Origin: Trichosphaerium sp. ATCC 40318
Taxonomy: Eukaryota > Protista > Tubulinea
Length of the DNA: 64,000 nt
Assembly: GCA_038496445.1 (NCBI GenBank)
Contig: JALMLS010000641.1
Coordinates: 1-64,000 of the forward strand
Reading direction: 5' to 3'
Positions within the stretch are counted from its first letter, which is position 1. Each line of letters starts with the position of its first letter. This document shows positions 39,178 to 51,731 of this stretch, in pieces. Made by a program: the position numbers and the translations under genes. The notes under the pieces were generated by a model. That model ran no database searches, was not told the DNA's origin, and worked only from the letters and a program-made list of their open reading frames with translations.

Positions 39178-39946
39178 TCAATAAAATACTTTTGGTCTAG
39201 TAGATCTTTAATACCGTGTAATACCTTTAAAACTATTGTACGTTTATTTGTAATATATAGCGCGGCTTCTTCGCTTATCATCTACTCAGGATTTTGGTCA
39301 AAAAGGTTTTTTATTCGTTTTAGGAACAATAAATGCCCGTGTTCAAACGTATGTTTATAATAATAAGTAACAGGTGTGTAGATACTATACCAACAATATA
39401 CACCAAAGGCTATGAGCACGTGGCAAGCACCATGAGTCAACATCAGTCTCGAACGTTTGGTGAAACGATAGCCAGGACACTTCCGTATGGGTAAGCTTAG
39501 ACTGCTTACACTAGGCTCAGATATTATTTGCCGTGCTGACGCAATCCTACTAGTAACTGAGCATGATGTCATCCGATAATATCTTGAACTATTTTATCGT
39601 GCTACCTTCACTATAAACGATATTAGCTATCTGTCGTGCGTATGTACGTCCTTTTGTATCCAGTATCGCCTGTTAGCATTGCCGCAAGCTATACTAGGTC
39701 GTGGAAAACCTAAAGAATAAGTACAATTCAACGAAGCGCTTTTTGCAAAAATAGCAACTTGCTAGTTAATTGATTGGTTGAGTCTTTTGTTTCTGTCAAT
39801 GAATTTGAAGCGTCTGTTGGAAAGGCGGAAAATCAGAAAGCTGTTTGTGAAGCAAAAATATCTGCTAATTTTCTCATCAAACTAGCTTAAGTGCATGGCC
39901 AATAAGTAATTAGGGAATAGAAAGTAAAGTGTAAACAAAGTTCACA

Positions 39947-42406
39947 ATGGCTGAACCTAATACCACTCCGCTTACTGTGGAACAACAATACGATTTAATT
40001 ACAAATGACTTGCAGGAAATACCTCTCTCTGATGTACCTCGCCTGAAAGCGCTTCTAAAAGAGCGTAACGAAAAGGGTGAACCTGTGAGAATATACTGGG
40101 GCACAGCAACAACCGGCAAACCGCATTTTGGCTACCTTGTCCCGATCTTCAAGATTTCGGACTTCCTAGCAGGTTTGAAGCCTATTGTAGCTTTTGTAGC
40201 GTTAACGCCTCACTTTAGCTGGTTGTCACGTCACTATCCTTTTTGCTGACATTCATGCGTACTTGGATGACATGAAGAGCCCATGGGACGTTTTGCAGCA
40301 CCGTTGTGAATTTTACGAAAAAATCATCAAAGGTACGCTATCAGACCACTGCATTGGTTGCTCCATAATTTGTTGATGCTAAAACGGCTACTTCAGCCAT
40401 GTTATCTCTTGTTGGATGTCCACTAGAAAAGCTTCACTTTGTAAAGGTACTGTACGCTCGTAAAATACTCAAGCATTAACTTGGTAATCATTCAGGGATC
40501 GGATTTTGAGCTTGACAAAAAATACACCCTAGACGTACTAAAAGTTTCTGCAATGGTAACCACACACGATACAATAAAGGTAAGAGCATACGCGTAAAAA
40601 AGACGGTTTGTTTTACGCACAAAAATACGCCAACTCTGTGTCTAACACCTACACCAAGGCTGGCGCTGCTGTAGTTCGCCAAACAAAAACACCAAAGATG
40701 AGTTCTTTGTTATACCCAATTTTGCAAGCTCTAGATGAAGAATACTTGGGCGTAGACTGCCAATTTGGCGGTGTAGATCAACGTAAAATTTTCATGTTTG
40801 CAAAAGAACAACTACCTAGAATTGGTTACAAAAAGAGGTAAGTAACGCAATGACCTCATCTCCAACTGTTTTTATTTGTTTGGTCGCTAACCACAATTTT
40901 GTAGAATTCATTTAATGAATCCTTTGATACCTGGCCTTACTAAGGACGGAAAGATGAGCAGCAGTATCACAAACTCTAAAATTGATTTTGATGACAGTGA
41001 CGATGAGATTAAGTGCGTTTTTTAACCAAGATACTTTGGCTAGTAAAACATATTTCTGACACTTTCTAGGCGAAAGATTTCTTGCGCTTACTCTATAGAT
41101 GGTGTTGCCGAAAATAATGGCATGCTTTGCATGTTAAAATACGTTTTATGGAGGTACGACGAACGTAACAAACTACAACAAGAACTACAATGTGAAAGAA
41201 AATTTGTTTCTGTTTGGCACCCCACAGAAATATTTCTTACTCTTGTAGACGTTTGTGTAAGAAAGAAAAACCTGGTTTGGCTGTTATGCAAGGTGATAAG
41301 ATAGCATTTTTCTCTACCTACGCTGAATTGGAAGAAGCTTTCACAAACAGTACGTTTCACTTGTTTGAATACTTTTAACTCAACCACCTTCAGAAACGGT
41401 TACATCAAAACAACTCAAAGCATCAATTGTGGATGAACTCATAGAGTTAATCAAGCCTCTTCGTAAGGTCTTGGAAGAGAGCAAGGTACAAAATAGTCTT
41501 TTAAAACACATTGTATCATTGTACTGATTGTGACACGTATTTATCATTTTTTTAGGCTTTGCTCGCAAAAGCTTACCCTGTAGACGAAGAAGAACAGAAG
41601 CGTCTTGCTGCGCTAAAAAGTGTCGTTACTAAGGGTACAAAACCTACAAAATTTCTTTAACGCAAACTCACCTTTGTACTATCTAGCTGCTTCAATCACT
41701 GATTTCGAGATTAAAGTTGGTAAAATTGTTCAAATTGAACCAGCAAAAAGAGGCAATAAGTGCGTAGTAACCAAAACTAAAACCAATTGATTTACGCTTT
41801 AGATTATACCTCTGTAAAATAGATGTTGGAGAAGACGAACCACGTGATGTTTGCGCTGGATTACGCCAATTGATGACAATTGACAAATTGCAGGTAAAAG
41901 AAAAAAAGTCATTTTGATAAGTATTGGTAAACAAAGTCTAATGGTATTTTGTATTGCAGGATAAGACAGTATTAGTTGTTAGCAATTTACCTCAAGTAAA
42001 GTTGATGGGCTTCCCATCCAATGGTATGATCCTAGTAGGCTCAGTGGGCAAGAAAGAGGTAACGAATGACTTCTTTTTTGTAAAGAGAACTAAACCTTAT
42101 CTTTTAGTTTGCACTCGTTGAACCACCTCAAGGTGTTGAGATTGGAGAGGTTATAACCTACGGATCACTTGAAGGTAGTCCACTACCTTCTGCGTCATTG
42201 ACAAAGAAAAAGATTGCAAAAATCTTGAGTGTACGTGAACACAAAGCAAACAAACAACTTGTTTAATCAACCATCTTCTTTTTTTTATTTACATATTTTT
42301 TTAGTTTTTGAAGACAGACGCTGATGGTATGGTCATGTGGAAGACAACACCTCTTATTACATCCAAAGGAAACTGTAAATCTCTCCCAAACGCTAATGTG
42401 AGCTAA
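39947..42406 (+). CDS. YARS1: Cytosolic tyrosyl-tRNA synthetase (haloarchaeal/opisthokont type) with a C-terminal EMAP II-like tRNA-binding domain; 14 introns
   Basis: [48 protein letters not shown]; then [10 protein letters not shown]...[20 protein letters not shown]...SNGMIL...NANVS*. Confidence 0.95.
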
Positions 42407-42462
42407 AAACAGAGAAGAGAGAAGAGAAAACAATAAAAAGAGCGTTTCTATCTTTCTTTTTT

Positions 42463-43001
42463 TTAATCCACTTTTTTCACAATTATCGGAGACTCATCCA
42501 AAGGTCTGTATGGGACATTATTACTATTCATCACATCAATAATATCTTGATTAAGTCTTGCGAATACACCTGCAGCGTAACAACCTGGAACCCATTCTTT
42601 GATGATCGATTAGTAAAATTATTGTAATTTTTTTCGTTGTACTTGGATTCATGCGCGTCCATTTTGCTACCCAACTCTTGTTTGGGTCTGTCATTGTGAT
42701 TATTCTTGAACGAAAAATGTTACGTTCATTTATTTACAAAATTTGAGCGCCTACCCGTTGAAATTGGTTGTAGTTAGGTCCACAATATCGTCATCTTCAT
42801 TTGTATACAGAAATTGAAAGCGAGAGCAATTATCACAACGATCAAGTCTGAATTGTTGCTCAGTCTTCACTAGGCCACATATCAAACAAGCACGAAGCCT
42901 TGTGAGTTTGTTTGGGACAACACCCATGTCTTCGTAGCTGAGGGCTCAGAATTAGTATGTAGGGAGTTTTTTCGATTAGAAAATGCGAACCCGTCATGCA
43001 T
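42463..43001 (-). CDS. SPT4: Transcription elongation factor Spt4 (4 exons; absent from the ORF track)
   Basis: Spliced MHDG|YEDMGVVPNKLTRLRACLICGLVKT...CDNC...TTTNFNG|IITMTDPNKSWVAKW...PGCYA. Confidence 0.93.
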
Positions 43002-43107
43002 TGTTGGTGTTGGAGGGATAGAAAACTGTAGCCAGCTTTCTGACCTTTTCTGACTCTGCGTTTTTCTCTTTGTATTTTGTTACACAAAGGCAGTACGACA
43101 CAAAAAA
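43002..43107. promoter_or_regulatory. Putative bidirectional promoter between SPT4 and PFDN6 (106 bp)
   Basis: Divergent start codons at 43001 (-) and 43108 (+). Confidence 0.55.
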
Positions 43108-43755
43108 ATGAGCCTACAAGAACAATCACGTAAACTAGAACAAGATTTAGCAAAGCTTCGCAAATTACAACAAGGTACGCGCGATATTATAGTATAAACA
43201 GTTAATTTAATCAATTTAGATGTTGTAAAGGCACAACAGCAAAAGAGAAAACTAATAACGCAACAAAATGAAAATCAAATGGTCAAATTGGTACGGCATT
43301 GGCCTAATTGTACCTTCAGAATCCTCACATGATCACATAAAGGAGTTGGCAGAAATTAAAGATGATGGCACAGTATACAAACTCATTGGCCCTTGTCTCG
43401 TAAAACAAGACCTGAGTGAAGCCAAAAAGACGGTAGAACAGCGTCTCAAGTACATTGGTGGCTTACTGTACGTAAACCACGCCCAAATGACTTTAAAATG
43501 ATCTACACAGCGCTGTACCACATGTCAAATCTTTTTACATATTTTAACGCGTACAGAACTTAAAAAACAATCCGAGGCACCAGCCTACAAATCGTTTTAT
43601 TTTCGTCCAATTTCACATCTAAGCCACTTTTCAGCGAAGAATGCGAGAAGCAAACAACAGAATTTCAAAAAAAATTCACTACCCAACAACAACAGACTCT
43701 AGTACTACAACAACAAGTCCAACAAATGGCTCAACAACGTGCAGCTGGAAAGTAG
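43108..43755 (+). CDS. PFDN6: Prefoldin subunit 6 (4 exons)
   Basis: LITQQNENQMVKL|ELAEIKDDGTVYKLIGPCLVKQDLSEAKKTVEQRLKYI. Confidence 0.92.
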
Positions 43756-44052
43756 GCTTGTTTTCAAAAAAAAAGTAATAAAAACTGTCTCAAACAACAA
43801 ACACTAGCAAGCCTTTGTAATCAATTTCCAATCAGTTTACAGCGTGATATTATTGGTACTGTCGATCTTACCAACGACTGAACGGTTTCTAAATATCACG
43901 AAAGAAATGAGGTTTTAACAAACAAAAAAATTTGATTCGTCAGAAAAAAACAGTTGGTTAAATAGTACATTTATTAGGGGAGTGGTTTCATCTTGAAGAA
44001 AGGGAAAAATAGGAGGCAACGAAAGAACATACTTTCAAGCAGTTTAAACTAC

Positions 44053-47000
44053 TTAACTGAATGTTTTCAAAGTACCAAGGTTAGCAGGCTTAGGTGGAAC
44101 AGCAGGCGTATAAGCGTCAACAGCAGGTAATTTAGGACCACCACTGCTATCAGTATCAGACTCCTCAGCTAGATGAGCATCAATACTCTTACTCTTCCTT
44201 AAAGTCGATAACCCAAGACCAACTGGCTTCGAAGGTAAAGGAGGTGGCGGTCTCTGAACCTAAAAAAAAAAGTTAGATGGTTTTCTTGGTTTTTTCTTAA
44301 AAAGCACTTACTTTGCGTTTCTTTCTTCGTCTTCGTTTAGAACGTTCACTAGCATCTAAGTCACCTTCTTGTTGTGTTGGAGAGGTTTTAATACTAGAAC
44401 TAGCATCAACACGTCTACCACTCTTCTTGCGTGCGGAACCAGGTTTTTTGATTTTTCTATTACTTTTATTTCCTCTTGCGCTTTTTTTCCCACTTGACAT
44501 TCCAGAACTATTATTTGTCTTCGTAGGTAATGAAATTTCAAAGTCAAAATCAGCTTTTCCTACTAGTCGAGGAGAAGAAGCTCCTCTAGGCGAAGAAGGC
44601 CCTCTTGGAGAAGAAGGCCCGTCATTAATAGTATTGACTTTTTTTGGGTTTAATGGCCCTTTTCTTGCTCTTAGGAAGTCACTTTTGAACGTCTCGTCAG
44701 TCTCCAATTGAGCAATCAAGTCAACACCAACATTTCCTCCGAGTGTCTTTCTACGATTTCTTCTTTCTTTCTCCTTTTCTTTTTTCTTTTTACGTTTTGT
44801 AGAACGCTTAGTTGAAGCCTTTGCAGACATATCAACAGAACCACGTGTAGGTGGTACAAGTGGGCCTCTTGCAGCTTTAGGACTTGTAGGTGGTGAAGAA
44901 GAAGTAGCTGTAACAGCTATACTCTTAGCTCTGTATTTCTTTTTCTTTTGTTTTTTGGCATAAACTTTATCTGATTCTGCAGCTGCTTCTGAAGAAAGAC
45001 CAAACTTAACTCCTTTACCAGTAGGACTCTTACTCTCTTGTGTTGCATTTTGTGGTATAGGTGGAAGAGCCATAGAAAGCCTCTTATCATTAGTAGAGAA
45101 AGAAGCGTTAATTTGTCTTTGAGCTATGTTGCCCACTGGTGCAGTCTCAGCCTATAAAAATAGGTAAGAAACAACATTTCACAGGAGGACAAAAAAACCA
45201 CGTTTCTTTTCCCAGACGGTTTCAACGTACACGTGCTACAAAATCACTACTTGGAGCAAGACCAGATGATGTTCGCCTTCCTGTTCCTGTAGAGCTTCCA
45301 GCTGAGTTATTAGATCCAATAACCTACAATCTCGTATAAATGATAAAGCAAGGCATTGTGATGAACTCAAGATATAGTAGTAACATTCTTCTCGCGTACA
45401 TGTTTTAAAGAAGCTGCTGACTGAGCAACACTTGAATCTTCAGTGGGTTTTTTCAAAATAGAACCTTTAGGTGACGCCGAACTTGATGCAAGTTGTTTAC
45501 TACCTGCCGTAGAGAATACTCCACGCATAGATCCAGGTAATGGTGCTGTACCCGATGTACTAACAGTAAATTGTCCTAGGGTACCACGTCTCTCTCTAAT
45601 CACTACAGGCTCATCATAGAAAGAATAACTGAGGAGATTAATAGGTGGAATGAACTTTGATTTTTCCTCAAAAGGAATAGGAAATCCACCAAGTCTAGTA
45701 CTTTATAAATGTAGTTAGGATATTATATATTACCTTAGAGCCTCCATGACCATCTTAGCTGAGTGTATTTCTGATAAAGATGAAAGTATTTTAGGCAATT
45801 GGATGTCATTAGATTCAACAAAGTCCACAAACTAAAAAAATGGTTAGTTGTTTTTTATCATCCACGTGTTAGACTTTTCGTACTTGTTGTGGAGGTGTTA
45901 CAGTACTTATATTTTCAGTAAATCTAGTGCCTCCTTTATGGAGCTGTTGTATCCATCCAATTACATTGACTTGTCCAGAAGATGTAATAGGTTTCTTGAG
46001 AGGACACCACCTAATGACAAACCATTACTAAAATGTTACCATAAAAAAACAAACTAACAAAACACGTACCAGATGCCTATACCATTAAACTCATGAATAC
46101 GTTCATACAATCTAAATAAACTGAACCCTTCACGTGGTTGTTCCTAATAATCAAAATATTAGTCTTTCAATTCAAATCAATAAAAAATCTCGTACAGTAA
46201 AAGCATCTTGAAAGTTAGTTACATTTCTCGTTATTTCAGCAAGGAATAGCTCTGGTTCTAGAGTATACTTATTTACAAGTTTCACTATTAATCCAACACG
46301 TGTATATGCTGTGTTTGTATGTAACTTTGTAAGGGAAGGTAGTATACCAACACCATTGTATACTATGTAAAACAAAAAGTCAACCTCCATAAAAAAAAAA
46401 AAAGCTAGATCTACGCACATAAAATATCGCCTGTTTTGAACTCGTCACAGTGTTGTTTGTATGAAAAGTTATGCTTAAGTTCATATCCAGAACTTGGAGC
46501 AGGAAAATAAGGAGGACTAGTTATTTGTTCCTAACCACGTGCGTGTCAGACTCAAAGCAAAAATGACGTGTGTTCAAAAACCACTTTTACTTTTTGAATT
46601 TCACACAGAAAGTCTGCAGGTTTTAGTGAAATAACATGCACAATACCTTTAGTTGGGTGTAAAAGAACCGTGCGTGAATGTTTCCAACGATTTCCCTCGG
46701 ATTTTTCTATTCATGACGGTGAGAAGAGACCACAAGGTCGCCTAAGCGCGTGTAGTAGTTTAATAGGTACCTTAGAGTTCGCTAGTATACTTGCTGGAGC
46801 TTGTACATCTGTCCATTTGTCGCACACAACTTCTTTCTCAAAATCTGATGGAGAGCAAAGCTCACACGTCTATACATGTCAGGGATTACACGATCGTCGC
46901 TAGTTTTGTGCTCAAAGCAGAAAAATACCGTTTAAATACTAACGTACACCCATTAGCTTGTCTCCACCTAATTTTCCTGTGCTTGACCATATTTCTAAGG

Positions 47001-47364
47001 TAATAGGAGTGACAGCATCAACAATTTCGCTACATCCAGAATACGTAAGTTGACGCGTTCGTGTATTACCGTACAGCATAAATATCTCGTTCCACACTGG
47101 CTCTTGGGTTTTCTTTACAACTTTCGTCTTGAAACGCGGTTTGTGGTACACAACGCGAGCGTACGGATTACCGACTATAATAATGAGTCTTCTGGACAAA
47201 TGAAGAATGTTTACCTTTGTTTTGTTGTAATAGGCCAACGCCTTCCATAACTGTAACAGTAAGTGCCAAATACAATATAACGCAATAGTACCATAAACGA
47301 ATAGCTTTGAGTCCGCATCATCGAACAGCTCTTCGAGCTTGCCGGATTTGGCCTTTGCTTGCAT
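44053..47364 (-). CDS. C2 domain + degenerate permuted papain-like (YiiX/NlpC-P60) domain + long basic/proline-rich disordered tail
   Basis: GNPYARVV...FKTKVVKKTQEPVWNE (C2); FKTGDIL|VYNG...YTRVGLIV...IHSAKMVMEAL (permuted amidase pattern lacking His/Cys). Confidence 0.7.
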
Positions 47365-47477
47365 CTATTGTCACAGTCACGCGTTTTTGAGCGTAATTGA
47401 CCAAACTTCCGAAACAAAGACCTAGAATTTAACATTTTATTTCCTCAGTTTGCTCACCAAGCAGCAAATACACTTAG

Positions 47478-49301
47478 ATGTATTTTTCAGCTGATGAAGA
47501 TGACATTACATCCACTCCGGTTGAAGTTGGAGGTACATCGTACGAGTACAATGAAAACTCTACCAGTGTAACAATTGGTACGTGCATCTCGCTAGTATAA
47601 ATTCTGGAAACAGTTTGGTGACAGCGTTGTTATTTTACAGGACAAGGACAGCAAACTATACACCAGGTATGCTATTCAACAGTAAAAACCATTTGACAGT
47701 TACAGCGGAATGAATACAGGTTGCTTTCATATTTTTTGGCTGCTTTCGCGTTTACACAGTTGTTTGATACCATATTTTCGTTCGCTGTCAAAATGTACGC
47801 ACTGGAAGCAAATTCGAAAGAAAAGCAGAAAAAAACAATTTGACATTTACCTTGTAGAGATTCTAAACCCAACTTGCATGTTACATACAAGGAAATGGTT
47901 CAATTCCGTACGCTCAAAAGAAAACAAGTTGATCACAAGCTGAATATTCGGCTCCTTACTTATTACTAGTTCCACCAATAGCTAGATTGCTTATATTATG
48001 GCGTGTGTATTTCTTTAAAATTAAAAAGGAGAACAATAAGGCTTCCCTAATCGAGGTAATTCCAAAACAAGCAAGAGACTTTTTTTTTCTTACAATGGTT
48101 TTTTAGATTTTTATTTTTCTGTTTCTTGCTTGTTTATGGCTTCTTGGGTCAGGTACATCACCTATCAATGTATTAAAAATCACGTGGCTTATACTATAGG
48201 TGTAAATATTGCCGCTCACGGTAATGGCAGAATAGTGAATGGAATCAACAAGCAGTGGGATGCGTTTAATGCAAATGTTACTTTTCCTCCGGAATTGAAA
48301 CTTATTGCAGGTGATTTGGATACTTATATTACCGTTAGCATCTATTTTATATATTCTTTTATACTCACAGAAACATAGAGTCTTGAACGTGTACAAAAAG
48401 GGTTACTTTTAGTCAGCGCATACTTCGGACATTGTGCGTGTTTTTTTTTGGTTGCTAAAGTGTATCTTGTGTTAGTTAAAACGAGTCAATGTCACTTTGC
48501 ACAAACGAATAGTTTTAACGTTGTTGTTCTAATATTTTTATAGTATGCTTTTATATACTATTACTATGTTTGGTAATTCGTCAATGGGTACTAACACTTC
48601 TTTTTTTTTGAAGGGTTTTTTTCAACGAAATAACTCGTTCTTTAGCTCAATCCTTTACCTTATGTTCCAAAACATAATTTATGGCACATGACACTTATAA
48701 TAGTGTCAGCAGTAGTTTTTGGCACTAGTACTTTAGCTCTATCTATTTACAAGTATGCCAATTTAAACGGTTTTTCAATGTCCTTTTTTTTGACATAGTA
48801 GTTTTTTTTTGGTTTGTTAACGGCTTTGTTCTAGAAAAACAGTCCCTTTAACTATTATATACGCTGTTTTAAACATTATTTTTGGTATATATGTCTTTCT
48901 TTTAAGAGAGAGATGTTGTGAGAGATTAGAGAGAGCAAAATTTAAAGTACGTCTTTTTGTTGTGTTAGGATGTACGTTTTTTCAGCTAACACTCTATGAT
49001 ATAGTATAACCAATATATTAATCGATTTGACGGCGATAAATCTAGAAAAGCTTTTCGATGGAAGGAGTACCCATGTGCGTTTTGAGTTTTTTGTAAAAAA
49101 AAGAAGAAAAACTTGTCATGGATTGTTATACGTTCTAACCACCTTTTAGTGCTTGTATTCCTTATCACATCTGCTTTGCCGATGAGCTTTGGACTCATAG
49201 TGTACGCTATAGTATATTTTGTTGCGTAAAAAGAGATTGAGAGGTCTCATATTTGACACAGTAGTGTTGCCTATAATTCGCTTACTTTGCCTTGTAAATA
49301 A
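47478..49301 (+). CDS. Multi-pass (7TM-like) membrane protein; exon limits approximate
   Basis: Series of hydrophobic exons bounded by GT-AG; N-terminal NENST glycosylation site. Confidence 0.45.
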
Positions 49302-49689
49302 ATTTTTCAAAAACCTCAAAAAGTATTTGCTCAAAGCGGTTGTAAAGTATGTTATACTTGGCCAATACGATGATTTGAACGACACTTTGAAAAGCTTGGC
49401 TACGTAACCTTCAATTATTCACTGCACACGCGAAAATCAATGAAATTTAGCGAAATTTCTTTTCTTTTTATAGTTTTTACCTCCATTTACTTTCTGGTTT
49501 TTTGGTTTTTGGTTTGAACTATGTCTTTCATTTCGTTTTTATTTTTAACAACGTACATTCTTCTTTTTCATCAGTTTGGAATTTCGCCTAGTTTTTAGAA
49601 TGAAATTATAGAAATCAGAATATTCACCGTATGCCATACTCTTTTCTTTAGTGACATCGTACTCTCATTAATAAAAAAAATATACAACA

Positions 49690-51528
49690 ATGGCGTCGTC
49701 TGTTACAAAGACGCTACCAGTAAAGCTATTACTGTTACAGTCTGAAGGGCTAGTAGATGTTAAAGTACAATCTTATGGCACTTCGAAAGGACCAAAGAAA
49801 CAAGTCACACTTGACTCTGATGGTTTCACAACAGTACGTGTATATAAGCAATTGATAAAAAGTTGTCTTCGCTTGCTAACTCTGGATAAGGTTGTAAGAC
49901 GCAAGTCTGTACAGAAGGCAAAGACACGAAAGACAAAGCCAAAATCTACGCAACCTAGGCGCCAGCAAGCATTGAAGAGTGTCCCTAGACGTACTCCTCA
50001 GAAGGTGGTTACAAAGGAGGTTGTAAACAAGTCCAAGCGTGTAAATTATAACGGCAACGACAATGTTTGGGACGTGATTGAATTTGTTTCTCCAGAGCAA
50101 GAGCGAAAAGTTCAGAAACAAACAACAAAATCGCCTAAAGTTGTAGCTTCAAAAGAACTCCAGAATCCTTTGCCTCAAGTGCATGTAGATACTAGTGATC
50201 TTTACAAAGTATCTAAAGCTAGAGACATTGATGATTCCGAAGTAGAGAAGTCACAACAGTCACAAAAGTTAAGATGTTTTGATACAAACGAACACTTTAC
50301 ACAACAAGTGATTGGATTGCCAATTTCAATTCGAAGACGTAATGATTACTACTACCTTGATTGTCCTTTTGTTTATCAGAGCTATCAAAGCTTTCATTCA
50401 AAGAAGACTAGAGAGACATCGTGGAAAGAACGTTTTCAACATTGGTTGCCTCTATGGATAGACGAAAAACACGCCAGAAGGTAATGGCTTTTTTTATCTT
50501 TTTTTTTTTTTGAAGGTTTTTGTTTTGTTACGAATCTCAGTCTCACACTTTTATGTAGAGCTTCAGTTCATGTTGATAAAGCCATTTTAAATATATGGAT
50601 GGATCTTCAAAAACGTAACTTTGGTAGATTCACAGGAGATTACTGGACGATGCCAACTTTTGCGCCAAAAATGGTTTTGGAGGTTATTCCACCTTTGATG
50701 AGCAGTATTGTTTCGAGACTCTACAGCTGGAAATCAAAGAATATATCCGCACCAATCGAAGCATACCGTGCTTGTCATAGATTGCTTATTAGCTACGTTG
50801 AGAGGTTCCCTGCTTTGAGAAAAATGGTAAACCAAATCGCTGTAAAGTTTATTCGAAGTGATGTTGAGAGACGAAGCTGGTGGGATCTAAATGAGTTCTT
50901 ACAGATGGCGACAGTACGTTGAATTTTTGCAATCATGCTTTTCTGGTGTTTACGAAACGTGTTGCTTATTTTTTATTGAAAGGTCGCTGATAGAGTTACT
51001 TGGAATCACTTGTGTTTTCCTTTTTTGAAGGAACTTTTTGAAAGAGTAGCAAAAAGATCTGCACGTGTTTTCCCTAGGAACAAAAATGTTCCTGCAAACT
51101 TTACACTGAAGACAGCAGTTCCATGCCCAGCTGGTACGTATCTGCAAACGACTTTTAAGGCGAATCTGCTTTTTTTTTTTCAATAATTGTATCTTATTTT
51201 TTTCTTAGATAACTACCGTAACGCGACTACCTTCGAATGTAACAGTAGGACTCTAAAGATTGCTGCCATGAATGTATATTTTTTTACACATGTTGCTCGT
51301 ACTCTTGGTATTGCAACAGAGAGCACAACACTCGCTTATGATGCTGCACTCAGCTTGCCTTCAAAAAGCATGATAAGCTCTATTTCACAAAAATTAGCAG
51401 AGATGGACTCCATGAAGTCTTTTGATGCTTTTTTCCTTCACATGGGTATAACACCAATAAAAGGTAATACCCTAACTGCTTGGTTACTCCAAGCAACAAA
51501 AAATACGTCAAAACGACAAAGGAACTAA
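49690..51528 (+). CDS. Hypothetical protein with an uncharacterised domain (LRCF...HWLPLWI..H...HRLL) that I recall from protist/fungal UBC-fusion proteins; no UBC domain here
   Basis: Four long exons joinable by GT-AG introns; conserved-looking motifs. Confidence 0.6.
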
Positions 51529-51731
51529 ACATGTATAACAAAAAAAATAAAACTACAGTTCCTGTGAAACAGTTTCGTGTAAAATTATCACTTGAAATAC
51601 TTGGTTCCTACCTTGTTTATGTCTGCGCAAATCCAAATCATTATCATCACGTGTTCCAAGTGAGGCTTACTTGGATAAATGTCTAAGTCAGACACGTGCT
51701 AAGTAAGTGTCAGGAACTGAAAGTTTAACAC

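Noticed and set aside
39282-39572. 96-aa minus-strand ORF upstream of the IBtk-like gene
   Set aside because: No recognisable motif or consistent splicing; may be UTR or intergenic
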